A stretch of DNA of 35,451 bases. Source: Trypethelium eluteriae (lineage: Eukaryota). Shown piece by piece: positions 1-11,515 of this stretch. Within the stretch, counting starts at the first letter, position 1, and each line of letters starts with the position of its first letter. The translations under genes were made by a program, and so were the position numbers. The notes beneath the pieces were generated by a model. That model made no database searches and was not told where the DNA came from. It saw nothing but the letters and a program-made list of their open reading frames with translations. The stretch lies in the NCBI GenBank assembly GCA_051942245.1, contig JAVECL010000213.1, positions 1 to 35,451 on the forward strand, given 5' to 3'.

Positions 1-1
1 T

Positions 2-2977
2 CTGATGCTCGAGCCGCAACTCTAAGTTTTGCTGGCGCTCATCTTCAAGTAGTCTCTGATAATGGGCATGTAGGGAGGTAATGGCGAGCGTGTGGGAGTG
101 TGCATAGCGTCGGAGCTGGGGCAGGATATGGGTGTCGAGGAGGGTTTCGTGTGAGGTAAGGAGGGCAAGTAGGGCGGCATGCGAATGCTGTAGCGATGCA
201 TGCGAGTTTTGGAGTTGCGTGAGCTCCTGGGTGAGTTGGGAGAGCTGCTGGGCGGAGCTGGGAGGACCGATTGAGTTCGAAGGGTGCATCGCTGACCCCG
301 AATTTTGGAGGTCGTGGTTTAGGGAGGCAATGGTAGGGGAGGCACCATTTGCGACAGCGCGGGACTGGGTAATAGGATTAGTGGCTTGGCAGAAAGAGCG
401 GCTCTTTGAGTAGTTGAGAGGTGTAGGTAATGAAGGAGGAGAGATGGTAAGCCACAATGAGGGACATACCTGTATCTGTTGGACACTATTCACTATATTC
501 GCAGTCTGTGCCCTGTTATCCGCCAGAATCTGACTCAATTGCTCTACTACGCCCCAGAGATGATTCATGTCCGCTTGTTGACCGGCAGGCAGGACTGAAT
601 TATTGAGGCTTGCTATGGAATTGCCACCGATGCCATTTGTCTGATGTTGAGGACCGGGCGAAGGTGCCTGTCGAGGAACACTGTTCGCCATGTCGCTGGA
701 GTTGAAGTAGTTGTTCATCGTCGAGAGCCTATAGTTGCGGACTTTTCGAGAGTTGCGACGTGAGTTCAGAAGTCGGATACGACGTGGGTTGCGGCGAAGC
801 GGATATATCGAGCAAGCCGTGTCGAACCCACCTCGAAGATTCCGATCAGCTGGTTTCTTGCCCTTGCGATCGCCAGGACCGTATTCTTCGGTTTCTTCAG
901 TTTTTTCAGGTCTACTAAGTCCCTCAGTCGCTTCGAACCCCACTGCCAGCGGGGCCCGGGGGGAACCAGGGGATGGGCTCTCGACGAGTCGTTGCCAGTA
1001 GAAGACGTGAGTTTCAAAGAACTGCCTCGTCCAATCGTTTGTGTCGGGATTGATGCCGGGCATCCGAATCACGGCATCTCGAAAGTCCTGCTCCAGATAT
1101 ACGGATTCAGCCGTTTGGTAGGGATTCTCGTTGCGATAGTCTGGATTTTCCTGCGGAGGCACGCGTACACTGACACGACGGGGACGGAGGTGGCGTGTTC
1201 GCGTTTGGACGGCAGAATAATCCCGCTCACACCGCTCTTTCTCTTCTTCCACTTTCTCGCCCTCATCCACCCCGCTCGCTTGCCTCAGTGTGCTTTTCCA
1301 GAGGTTCACAAACTCATCGAATGGCACCTCGTTGCCATCTTCCAGCAGCCGATCCCACCTCTTCTTGAACTCCCACATGACGTCGTAGCCTTGAAGACTG
1401 TCCCATTGTGCCGCCATGATCTCCCATCGCCCCGTTTGCATGAGTTCATCAACTGAGGGACCAAGACCAACATGTCTCCAGACTTGTTCCATACTGGGAA
1501 ATCCATCCGGTCCTCCGCCTGACTGCCTCAGTGGCTCGGACTCTCTCCGGAGATCGCTATTGCGCCGACGACGACGGATTTGAAATTTCGGCGGCTGGCT
1601 TCGTGATGGGGAGGACGTGGCAGCAGACGAGGATTGACGGTGCTCGCGACTAAGCTGGAACTTGCGCCTTTCAAAACTGAGGTCATTCCCACTTGCTTCG
1701 AGATCTGAATCGGAAAAGTCATCATCTTCGTCTTCAACTGACTCGGAGTCTTCATGCAACTCTCTTTGTAGGTTGAGGGCGTTCTGCATGGCCCTGTTCT
1801 GAGCCTCTTCGTTTGCTCTCTGTTGTTCATGACTACCATAGCGGTGTTGAGCACTAAGCTGCCTTGTAGCACTGCTGAATCGGTTTAAGGCTGCTCGGGC
1901 TACATCTTCTGGCTGCCCTCCAGGAGATGAGAGGGCTGGATTCTGCTGAGGCCCCCTTGAAGACCCTTCGCCCGGATCGTCAGCGTTGGCCGAGCCCTTC
2001 CTAGATTCAATTGGCGGCTCTCCCAAGTCCATCGAGTCCCTTCGCGGTCTTGGAGATGAACGTTTAGGTCTTTCGAGCGAGGACGTAGTTCCTTCACTGG
2101 AACTTCTGCGACTTCGAGCGCTCCGGAACCATACTCCTGGATCCAATGGTTCTGTGCTTGGCTCAACTTCTGTCACTCTAGTAGCCGCCTCAACAACGCC
2201 TTCGGGTGATGCGTGTTCATCAATGCCCGTTGTCAGGCTGGGCCTGGGGTTATCACTAGATCTTTCGCTAATGCCCACTGGTCCTGCTTGCGCTCTTCTA
2301 AACCAAGCCCCTGGCGCTGGCGCCTCTCCGCTAGGACCTAGTCTTTTTGATGTACTAGATCCCGCTCCACGATCTTCATGTGCGACTTGTGTCAGGAACG
2401 TCCTCAAGTTCTCTTCTGTCAGCTGGCCCTGGCCCAGGGTGCTCTCAGCTGGGGCGGTCCAATCGCCGTCAAGTCTTGCAAAGTCGGCACCCAGATGCTC
2501 GTCTGTATCTGTGTAGTATCCGAGCGCGCTCTGTGGCCTCGATTCTGTCGAAGGTTCTGTTTCGTTGGAGTCTGAATCGTCACTGTCCGTGTCTTGGTTC
2601 CTCCCGGGCGATTTCGGAGGTCGTACAGTCTCGCTCGAGTCCCCGCTCTCTCCCTCCTCTTGCTGCTCTTCCAGTCCTTCCACTTTACTGTCCTTTCTCT
2701 GCTCCTTAGCTTCATCTTTCCCTGAACTTTCTCCTTGGACTCCTTGGCTCTCGCACGTGTCTACCTCCTGTCTCTGCACTTTAGTTTGCCGCTTCATCCG
2801 CTGTGACGAATCCGACTCCAATTCGTCTGAATTTGTGACATGTCGCAGTGGGGAGGGCCTAAACGCAGGATATAAATGGGGTGCTCCAGGGTTATGTCGA
2901 ATGGATGGCGAGTTTCTTTGAGGTTGATGACTGGTACTGAAGGATTCTTCAAGTTGTGGTGAGCGGTTCCGGTCCAT
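2..2977 (-). CDS. Long ORF running off the window edge: large low-complexity N-terminal region plus C-terminal coiled-coil domain (possibly SIKE/SCI1/SipB-like STRIPAK subunit); 3' partial
   Basis: Checked codon by codon: no stop from ATG 2977-2975 (MDRNRSPQLEES) to base 2; the nearest upstream in-frame TGA is at 2995-2993. Internal ATG at 718 (MNNYFNSSDMANS...DMNHLWGVVEQLSQILADNRAQTANIVNSVQQIQ). Canonical 105-nt in-frame intron 365-469 (CAG|GTATGT...CTAAT...CAG), then a heptad-rich segment (LTQELTQLQNSHASLQ...HYQRLLEDERQQNLELRLEHQ). The family call is a weak recollection. Confidence 0.7.
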   Translation of the reverse strand, partial: MDRNRSPQLEESFSTSHQPQRNSPSIRHNPGAPHLYPAFRPSPLRHVTNSDELESDSSQRMKRQTKVQRQEVDTCESQGVQGESSGKDEAKEQRKDSKVEGLEEQQEEGESGDSSETVRPPKSPGRNQDTDSDDSDSNETEPSTESRPQSALGYYTDTDEHLGADFARLDGDWTAPAESTLGQGQLTEENLRTFLTQVAHEDRGAGSSTSKRLGPSGEAPAPGAWFRRAQAGPVGISERSSDNPRPSLTTGIDEHASPEGVVEAATRVTEVEPSTEPLDPGVWFRSARSRRSSSEGTTSSLERPKRSSPRPRRDSMDLGEPPIESRKGSANADDPGEGSSRGPQQNPALSSPGGQPEDVARAALNRFSSATRQLSAQHRYGSHEQQRANEEAQNRAMQNALNLQRELHEDSESVEDEDDDFSDSDLEASGNDLSFERRKFQLSREHRQSSSAATSSPSRSQPPKFQIRRRRRNSDLRRESEPLRQSGGGPDGFPSMEQVWRHVGLGPSVDELMQTGRWEIMAAQWDSLQGYDVMWEFKKRWDRLLEDGNEVPFDEFVNLWKSTLRQASGVDEGEKVEEEKERCERDYSAVQTRTRHLRPRRVSVRVPPQENPDYRNENPYQTAESVYLEQDFRDAVIRMPGINPDTNDWTRQFFETHVFYWQRLVESPSPGSPRAPLAVGFEATEGLSRPEKTEETEEYGPGDRKGKKPADRNLRGGFDTACSIYPLRRNPRRIRLLNSRRNSRKVRNYRLSTMNNYFNSSDMANSVPRQAPSPGPQHQTNGIGGNSIASLNNSVLPAGQQADMNHLWGVVEQLSQILADNRAQTANIVNSVQQIQVCPSLWLTISPPSLPTPLNYSKSRSFCQATNPITQSRAVANGASPTIASLNHDLQNSGSAMHPSNSIGPPSSAQQLSQLTQELTQLQNSHASLQHSHAALLALLTSHETLLDTHILPQLRRYAHSHTLAITSLHAHYQRLLEDERQQNLELRLEHQ

Positions 2978-3448
2978 TCCACAGAGATGAACTCAAATAC
3001 TTGAGCGAGGGAATTGGTTAATGTTCTTTGTGACAAGGATGTATGTTACTTAGACATGTGTTTAGCGAATGTTGAGATTGATGATCAAATGAGTTCAGTG
3101 AAGAAATGAAAGACTGATATATGTGATTCTTTCGAAGGTACATGATGTAGCAGGCGCCATTGTCGCACGCAAGGCAAGAATTCACCAGAAGCTATGAGCG
3201 TACAGTAGGCACGTTCAAGATCGATACGTGGCAAAATTCCTGCAGGCCAGTTCTTAACCTTATGGATCTTTGTAACTGTCAGAGCAAATCATTAGCTACC
3301 AGGCTGTAAAGGTATAAGATCTGGCTTTGTGCTGGGTATCTAATACGAAGTAAAGATTACATTTTTCATACCAGTCTCCGTCTAAATTCAAGAGCTGTGC
3401 CGCAATTCCGACCATGAGTCGTACAAACGGCCCCAAAGCGTGCCTTTA

Positions 3449-5181
3449 TTACTCTCTCCGCTCACTTACGTATTCCTCATCGTCTTCCCACCTTTCCCCA
3501 TCACGCCTTCTCTTCCGTCCCCAAACTTCATCTGCATCCCTCTTCCCCTTCGTCTCAGGAACCCACCATGCGACGAATATGCCAAAGAAAATCGCCAGTC
3601 CCATAAAAATGAAATATACTTTCCCCTTTCCTAAACGCTCATTCACGACCGGGAAAAACTGTGCCACTACAAATGTGGCCAACCAATTCGCCGCCAAGGC
3701 CCAACTCTGCGTCGCGCCGACAGCCTCTGGCCCTACAAGCTCAGATGCGAGTATGAATGGCACAGGCCCGAGGCCCAAACCGAAACTACCGACAAAGGTT
3801 ATGACGGCAATGGCAGAAAGCGGCGGAAGGGCGAAAATGATGGACAGCGCGAGGGCAAGAGAGGATGTACCCATGCCGGCAATAGATAGAAGGAGGACGG
3901 GTTTGCGGCCGAGGAGATCGACGAGCGGAGCGCAGAACAGGGTGACGAACAGATTGAGAAGCGAGACGCATAGGTTGAGGAGGGCGGAAGAGGTACTGAG
4001 GAGGGAGGTAAGAAGAGAGACCCCGTACATGACAATCGAATTGATTCCTGGATTAGTCGAGTAAGAAAGGAAGAATTTGGAGGTCAGAGGAGGGGAGAGA
4101 AGACAGGACAGAAACGTACCACAGAACTGCTGGGCGAGCATGACCATCATGACGACAAAAGTAGCTTTGTTGTATTCTGGATGTCGGATGACTTCGAAAA
4201 TGCCTACGACTTGCTTGCGAGCACTACCTCGTTTTCGAGGCTGTTCACCTGCGGCTGCCACTGCGTGATCCTCATTGCGGAGTAACGACTCCTCTTCCTC
4301 ATGGCGTTCTTCACTATCCTCAGCTCCCCAAGCATCGACTTCCTGCTGAATGTCCACCTTTGAGCCTCGGATTTTCCTCAGTTCCTTGCGTGCCTGATTT
4401 ACGCGCCCTTCATTGGCCAGCCATTTCGGCGATTCCACCCCTCCCAGCACTAGACCAGCTAGCTGGGACACTCCGAATGCACCTCCAGCTCCCAAAATGA
4501 TGCGCCACAATTCACCTTTGGACAGGAAATACCCCAGAAGTTGGGCAATGAAGATGCCGAAGTTGACCATAACCTGGGTACTGCTTCCCCAGAACCCTTT
4601 TTCTTTTGGGGGCGCAATTTCGGAGATAAAAATAGGGACGACGACAACTGCAGCGCCCGCTCCCAATCCACTGATAAATCTTCCAATTGACATTATTGAG
4701 ATCGTGGTTGCCAAAGCCTCAAATACTGGCCCTACCATGAAGAAGAATGTTGTCCAGAGTATTGTTTTGAACCTGCCGTATCGCTGAGCCATTGGACCAG
4801 CGGAGAGGGCACCGGCCAGACCGCCGAGGGTAAATATGGAGGATACGAGACCAAATTGAACATTGTTCATAGGGATGCACTGAGGGATTTTGACGTTGAC
4901 AGTGGAGACAGCGACGTTGCTGCTTGCAAGGGAAGTTGAGCGATACGTAGAGGCATAGGCCGGAAATAGGGGCGAGGTAATGGCGAGACGGCGAGTCTGG
5001 CATCTCAGGACTTCTTCTGGAGCGTTTAGCTCAGCCTAATTTTTTGTAAGCAAAGACAAGACGCGCTGGAGTTTACGCAGATTACAAGATGGTATCCGAA
5101 GAGGAGGGGGCCAATGGTGGCGGTTAGAAGAAGGAAAAGAAAGTACGCGGTGACATTTTTGAGAGTTGCACGAATGTTCAT
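3449..5181 (-). CDS. MFS sugar-porter family transporter, Vps73/YBR241C-like
   Basis: MNIRAT...IGPLLFGYHL|AELNAP after intron 5036-5085; second in-frame intron 4048-4119 (QQFCG|INSIV). Sugar-porter motifs RYGR, GRFISGLG, ISEIAP, ESPKWL, DLLGRK, VPETKG. An alternative in-frame ATG lies at 5274. Confidence 0.9.
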
Positions 5182-5565
5182 TATGGAACGAAGATAAGTG
5201 ACGATGACCTTGTGGACAAGGCTTTGAAAGCGTGTGCTATTGGATACCTTCTCTGCATGGTTGGTGAGCTTCATGACACGCTACGCTATGGGAGAAATTC
5301 ATACACTTTCATGAGCGTCAAGTGAAAAAGGAAGGCCAAGAATAAGATTCCAACAGTCGGGAGGGGCGCTACAAGGATTTGCGATAGGCAATGCGAATAC
5401 AAAACCCGGCATGAGTGGGACGAAGGTGTTCAGGGAGATTTGATACACTCATAGACTCAACACGCATTGGGCAATGTCCAGGATGGAGCTTGCGTGGAGG
5501 TCGACGTCGACGTCTGATCTGCGCTGCGTGGGGCAGAAAGCTTGGCCTGGCTTGGCAACCACCAG

Positions 5566-5589
5566 CCCACCGACCCACCGACCCACCGA
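5566..5589. repeat. Tandem 8-mer CCCACCGA x3 in the divergent MFS/SSN3 intergenic region
   Basis: Read directly: cccaccga cccaccga cccaccga. Confidence 0.8.
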
Positions 5590-5981
5590 CCATTCCCGTT
5601 CGTTCCTTCCCCACGGCTCCCCTTGACGCATCCACCACGTCGGTGACATGCACTTGTGCCACTTGCCCACTGACTTGCACCTCGCTCCCGCAAGCACTGC
5701 AGATTTGATCTGATTTAGCTCCCGTCGCGCCGCCACTCATCCACGCGTCTTCCGATGACCGCGTGCCCTTTCCCGGAAAAACGGACCCCATCAATCAACC
5801 TTCGGTCTGTTTCATAGACCTGCATCTCGTAGGAGTTCTGGGCACCACCCAGAGGGAGCATATCGCGCTTAGCCTCAGGTCTGAATATAGACTATCCCAG
5901 GCGGCTCTCGGAACGAAGAAGCCGATGCACAGCCATCGAAGCGTTCACTACTGATTGACCCCTCAGGGAGGACAGTGTCGC

Positions 5982-7649
5982 ATGCCATACCTGGTGATGG
6001 CCGTGTCGAATCCTCCCTCTGCCTCGGCGGGATCCGGCACAGGATCTGCGACTACGACTAGCAAAGCTCCAGCCACAAGTTCCACCAGTTTGAAGCGGAG
6101 CGTGCAAGCGGCATTTGAAGGTAAGGTCCTATGCTGTCCCAGCGGTCCTCATCCGAGGCTTTCTGGCAGCTCTCATCCCCTGTTTCAAGACTACTGACCC
6201 ATGTGCTGTCTCTCGACGATTCAATCTTGAAAGTTTAAATCGACGTGCTCAGACCGTCGGAACTCTATTCGATGAAATTTGAATGTCGCAGAAATGACTT
6301 CCTTTGCACAACAAATCTTGAACCATGCCCAAGCTCTTTCTAACGCATATTCCATAGATCCGTCCGACTGTAAGAAGATGGTATCTCCTAGCTATGATAG
6401 CAAAAAGAAGATCATGCAGCTATACGAGGTTGTCGGTTTCATCAGCAGTGGAACCTACGGGAGAGTGTACAAAGCAAAGTCCAGATCACGTGGGGGAGTG
6501 TATGCGATCAAAAAGTAGGTCAACGGGGAGATCCTGTATCTTATGGTCGCTGTGTTTCTAATCGACATCAGGTTCAAGCCTGATAAGGAAGGTGAAGTTC
6601 AATACACCGGTATATCACAGTCAGCCATCCGTGAGATGGCCCTCTGCACCGAACTTTCTCACATCAATGTTATTCGTCTCATCGAGATAATCTTGGAGGA
6701 TAAATGCATCTTCATGATCTTCGAATATGCCGAGCATGATCTGTTGCAAATCATCCACCATCACACACAACCAAATCGGTCTGCCATCCCAGCACGAACG
6801 ATCAAGTCCATCCTCTACCAATTGTTGAATGGCTTGGTGTACTTACACAAGTCGTGGGTCATGCATCGTGACTTGAAGCCTGCAAATATTATGGTCACCT
6901 CTGAGGGCGTTGTTAAGATCGGCGATCTCGGTCTTGCCAGGCTCTTTTACAAGCCTCTCCATTCGCTCTTTAACGGTGACAAGGTAGTTGTGACGATCTG
7001 GTACCGCGCACCTGAGCTACTCCTTGGCTCGAAGCATTACACTCCTGCGGTGGATCTGTGGGCTGTCGGATGCATCTTTGCAGAGCTACTCTCCCTGCGA
7101 CCAATCTTCAAAGGTGAGGAAGCGAAAATGGACGGCAAAAAGCAGGTTCCATTCCAGCGCAACCAACTACAAAAGATCATCGAGATACTTGGTCCCCCGG
7201 GCACCGAGCGATGGCCCTTGCTCAGCGCCATGCCGGAGTATAACCAGCTTGGCACACTTTTGACCATCAACACGCGCCTGAGGAACCCATTGGGTCTTGG
7301 CAACTGGTATAACACGACCCTGAAGCAGAATCAGTACCCCAGCGATACGCGAGCCGCGTCTCCTGGTTCTGACGGTCTGGACTTGCTAGCAAGACTATTG
7401 GAGTACAATCCAGAAGCAAGACTTACAGCCGAAGACGCATTGAAACACAAATACTTCGAGCATGAGGGCCTGGGCAAGCCAGGAGAAAAGAATCCGTATG
7501 AGAATTGCTTTGAGGGCAGTGACACAGAGTATCCGCAAAGGAGAGTAAGCCATGGAGATGATATCAAGACTGCAAGTCTGCCTGGGACCAAAAGAAGTGG
7601 TTTACCTGACGATTCACTGCGGCCAGCAAAGAGATTGAAAGATGGCTGA
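5982..7649 (+). CDS. SSN3: Mediator kinase-module cyclin-dependent kinase CDK8/Ssn3/Srb10
   Basis: Exons 5982 (or 5997)-6120, 6358-6514 and 6572-7649. Motifs ISSGTYGRVYKA, AIKKFKPDKEG, SQSAIREMAL, HRDLKPANI, DLGLAR, VVTIWYRAPELLLG, IFKGEEAKMD. Confidence 0.96.
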
Positions 7650-8457
7650 ATCAAGGGATAGACGAGACTCGACCTAGTACCCACTAATAAGTCGAAGATA
7701 GACTGGCGGCACCGCCAAATCGATCGGTCACATCCTAGGGGCCGCCGAAAGACGTTCAGACACAAGAGGATTTTGTTTGTTCTGAAAAAGATAGAGCATC
7801 CCGGTCTCCGGAACTCTACTTCAGTACGAGGCATTGCGTTTGGAACAGATGCCCCGCCTTGATCACAGTATCAGTTGAAAGTCGTAGTAACGCAATACTG
7901 CCGCTACGCCAAATTTTGAAACCTTACAAACGCTTACAGCATTGCAGAATGAATTGATCAGCATTGGTCCGGCGAGCCATTGTTATTCTGCTCGCCGTGA
8001 ATGCCATGGGCAAGAGAGCGGTTTGGGAACACATCAGCTCTAACATATTAGCTCTGTAATTACTGCGCAGTAGCCAAGAAAGGAAATCCTTCCATATTCA
8101 GGCCCTTCAGACCGCTGTCAAACCAAGATTCCGAGCTTCAATCGAAACGTTTGATGTAGCTATAAGTTCAGGCTGTCTTATGTCAAGCCGTGAATGCTTT
8201 AAATTAGACGAAAAACTAAGTTCAATTCCCCGCCGCTCTGGCGTTGTACCTATTCTCGAGGTCGTCCGCTTACGTAATAAATTGGTTTTGCAAGTACACG
8301 CCACGCTAGACGAACATAAAGTATCTAAGATCTACAGCATATGCGGCCCTGTAGGTGATTTTTTTTTTGAACTTTCACGTGAAAAAATTCGTCTAGGGAT
8401 ACACACGAAACCTACGGTTATCAGCCAAAGCATTGCTGAATTTTCCGGCAGGCGACT

Positions 8458-9239
8458 ATGTCGAGACCATCTGCCGGAAATCGCAAGTCTACCGCTGGCC
8501 GATCAATTAAGGGTGAATACATTGAGACGGTGCGTGCCATTGTACAGCGTTATACTCCAAAAGCCATATCACTCTTCCCCCCAACCCCCAAAATCGAAAC
8601 TTCCATATAGTATCAATACGTTCAGAGACTCAACCCTTCTACAAGATATGCGCCCCTTGATCAGGCCAGCCATTCAGCTGACCCGCACTGAAGGACACTG
8701 GCAACAAAGTTTCTCGCCGCGCCAAAATCGAAGGCACACCTAACATAATGCTCGCCGGCCGGACCGTCATCATGGCGGATGTCCACCTACGCGGTGATCT
8801 CCACCGTACTGCCGACTCGGCCACATCGAGCTCGAATACCACCATCAGCATGGGCAAGTACACAGTCATCGCCACGGGCTGCACCATCCACCCTCCGTCA
8901 CGTCTTTCGCGGGGCATCATGCACTTCTACCCTGTGAAGATTGGAGACCATGTCTACATTGGCCCGGAATGTCATGTGAGCAGTATCAGCATCGCGAGCC
9001 ACGTCCATATTGGCCCGAGATGCGTGCTGGGCCCTTTCAGCATCGTGAAGGAGAACGTGCGGATCCTGGACGGGGCTGTAGTGCCACAGGGAATGGTGAT
9101 CCCACCCGGAGTCGTGGTAGGGGGAAGTCCGGCGAGGGTAGTAGGTGAGGTACCGGAAGGGTGGGGGGCGAGTGGGCGAGCTGGGGAAACAGTGGAAGGA
9201 GGAGAGTTAAGGGAGCTGGTGAGAAGCATACGCGGGTGA
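8458..9239 (+). CDS. DCTN5: Dynactin subunit 5 (p25), left-handed beta-helix protein
   Basis: Exon 1 8458-8529 (MSRPS...KGEYIET), intron 8530-8693 (GTGCGT...GCTGAC...AAG), then DTGNKVSRRAKIEGTPNIMLAGRTVI...LRGDL, hexapeptide repeats (IGDHVYIG, IASHVHIG) and GSPARVVGEVPE. Confidence 0.88.
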
Positions 9240-9315
9240 AAGTAGCTTTGATCTGGATTGCATTGAGTAGCTGCAGTTGGATGGGGTACTATCTACGCTT
9301 GACTTGACTGGCCGA

Positions 9316-10006
9316 TCAGAAGTCGCACGATCTTACCAGCAATCTCGCCAGTTCTTCCAGTGCTGTCTGGTCGTCTTCTCCAAAGCCGTTCTTCTCCGCG
9401 CAATCGATATCTATGATTCCGACCACCTTGGGTGGACATATCAGCCAGGATCCGTCACTGCTTGGCACTCAACCTACGTTGTCGTCTTTCATGATCGGCA
9501 CTACAATCTCGCTCTGGCTTTCGCTATCGCAAGCAATGTGCCCAGCAAAATTCTCCACGTCGGGAACAAGCTGCGTTTTCTTGAGCGCAGCCGCAGTCCC
9601 ACAAACACCTTTTCCAAAGGCAATGGTCTGACAAGCCACTTTACCTTGAAAAGGTCCCAATATGAGTTCTGAGGGGTCGTTTGGGGAGCAGACATAAAAG
9701 CCAGCCCAGTTGACCCTGTTAGAAGGGGTTGGAAGGGATTTCAGGGCATGGTAGATAAGAGAAGATGCATTAGCGAGATTACTGAGATCAGTTAGATTTG
9801 GGATCAGATTTATCCGCCAGATGATTGTTCTCTTAAGAATTACCAAATCTACCACAATTTTAGTACGGTCAGTCTATCGTTCAAGCGGACTCCTTTACCC
9901 AATTTCTCTGGTCCTCGAAAAGTGCCGTGGCCTGCTCCAAGACTTGCGCATAGGCTTGAGTTTTCGAAATCCCCTCCGCAAAATTGGATGCCTCTGCATG
10001 CACCAT
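9316..10006 (-). CDS. GAF-domain free methionine-R-sulfoxide reductase (fRMsr/MsrC, YKL069W-like)
   Basis: Exons 10006-9899, 9848-9844, 9781-9478 and 9426-9316. Motifs NLANASSL, NWAGFY, LILGPFQGKVAC, GKGVCG, HIACDSESQSEIVVP, GIIDIDC. Confidence 0.92.
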
Positions 10007-10666
10007 TCCGCAAAAATAAAATCTTCAAGTGGGGAATTTGTGACGGGGTGGGAAGGGAGTGATCCAATAAGCACCAAGACGCACTATTGGTGTGCCTACC
10101 TACAACAGGATTCCCTGAAAGGTCTCGGGGGCCGAAAATCCATGCTCGCGTCTTGAAGGTAAAGAGGCGAACCCTGCTTGGCCCTCTCAAGATCGGCATC
10201 GTCACGGTCTCATCTCACTCCGACCAGTCACCAACCCAATTAAAAACTTCGCTACGTTCACCCCCTCGCAACTTGTATCATCAGAAACCCTATACAACAG
10301 GCCCCATCACGATCAGCGGCCGAAATCCAATTCGCGAGACGAGCTTGATCGAGCGACGATTCATGGCAATACCAATCAGCTCGCTGCAGCGAGTCGGCCC
10401 GTAGTGGGGGGGGGTCGCAGGGCAAGCTGGTAGGGTAGGCATTTAAACATAAGACCAAATCTTACACCCTCTACTATCTTTCCTTTCGCTTTCTTTTTAC
10501 TTCTCACCAGCTCCTCCTGTTCCTGCGTTCACCTTCTCTGCAGCCTCAGACTCTGATTCTCGTGGGTTGCGCGCCAACGAGAAGTCCATTAAGTCTTACT
10601 TGCCAAGCCTTCTATTCTATAGCTGTATAAGCGCGTTGCTTCTAGCCCGCAAAACCACCAACTGTC

Positions 10667-11515
10667 ATGGCAAATACTTGTTGTGCCTCCGGAACCATAC
10701 ACATTCGCACCCAACCCACAGGGCAAGTTACCCAGCTCCATGGCTATGACTGCTACATTGCCTCTCCACCCAACGACACCACAACCAAAGGCATCATCGT
10801 CTTCCTGCCGGATGCCTTCGGCTGGACTTTCCCTAATAATCGCCTCCTCTGCGACGCTTACGCCCGCGCTGGCTTCCTCACATATCTCCCGGATGTAATG
10901 GATGGCCGTGCCGTCCCGCCGCATGTGGTGAAAGTGGGAGCCATACTGGAAGGGGACTCTAGCATCTTTACTAAGATCCCCGCCATGATGAAGCTTCTGT
11001 GGAATTTTGTCCCGTTCTTCATCAGCTGTCGAGTTTCGGTGTGCAAGCCCCGGGTCTGGGAGTTCCTTGAAAAGGTCCGCGCGAGCGAAGAGGCGGATGG
11101 GAAGGGGGTGGGAGTGGCCGGATTCTGCTGGGGTGGCAAGTATACTTTCCTGCTCTGTGGGCCAGAAGGGAAGGGCAAGGATGGGAAGTGGTTGGTGGAT
11201 GCTGGATACACAGCGCATCCTAGCAATTTGAGCCTTCCCGTCGATGCTGAGAATGTACAGCTACCACTCAGTGTGGCAGCGGCGGAGCATGATCTGGCAT
11301 TGAGTAAGGAGAAGACCGAAGAAATCAGGAGGATCTTGGAAAAGAAGACTGAAAGAGCCGAGCCGAGTTGTGAAATGGAGGATTATCCGGGAGCGCACCA
11401 TGGATTTGCCATCAGAGGCGATGAAGGGGAGGAGGCGATGGCCAGAATGGATAGAGCAAAAGACCAGGCAATCAATTGGTTTGCAAAGGTCTTCTCTAGG
11501 GATGCTCCAGCTTAA
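10667..11515 (+). CDS. Dienelactone hydrolase family (alpha/beta hydrolase)
   Basis: Intronless 282-aa ORF with N-terminal CC, PDAFG, nucleophile motif GFCWGG, AHPS and HHGFAIRG. Confidence 0.9.
   Translation: MANTCCASGTIHIRTQPTGQVTQLHGYDCYIASPPNDTTTKGIIVFLPDAFGWTFPNNRLLCDAYARAGFLTYLPDVMDGRAVPPHVVKVGAILEGDSSIFTKIPAMMKLLWNFVPFFISCRVSVCKPRVWEFLEKVRASEEADGKGVGVAGFCWGGKYTFLLCGPEGKGKDGKWLVDAGYTAHPSNLSLPVDAENVQLPLSVAAAEHDLALSKEKTEEIRRILEKKTERAEPSCEMEDYPGAHHGFAIRGDEGEEAMARMDRAKDQAINWFAKVFSRDAPA

Noticed and set aside
735..2921. Many short ORFs on both strands (e.g. 992-1456 +, 1986-2516 +)
   Set aside because: They are antisense or off-frame shadows of the long minus-strand ORF 2-2977.
8180..8743. 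187-aa plus-strand ORF
   Set aside because: It overlaps the p25 promoter, exon 1 and intron in another frame and has no recognisable motifs.
9849..10205. Arg-rich upstream ORF as a possible mitochondrial targeting extension of fRMsr
   Set aside because: It is out of frame with fRMsr exon 1, and the one plausible intron (GTAGGC...AAG) does not restore the frame.
10406..10440. G-rich run as a possible G-quadruplex
   Set aside because: One G9 run plus irregular short G tracts; there is no further support.
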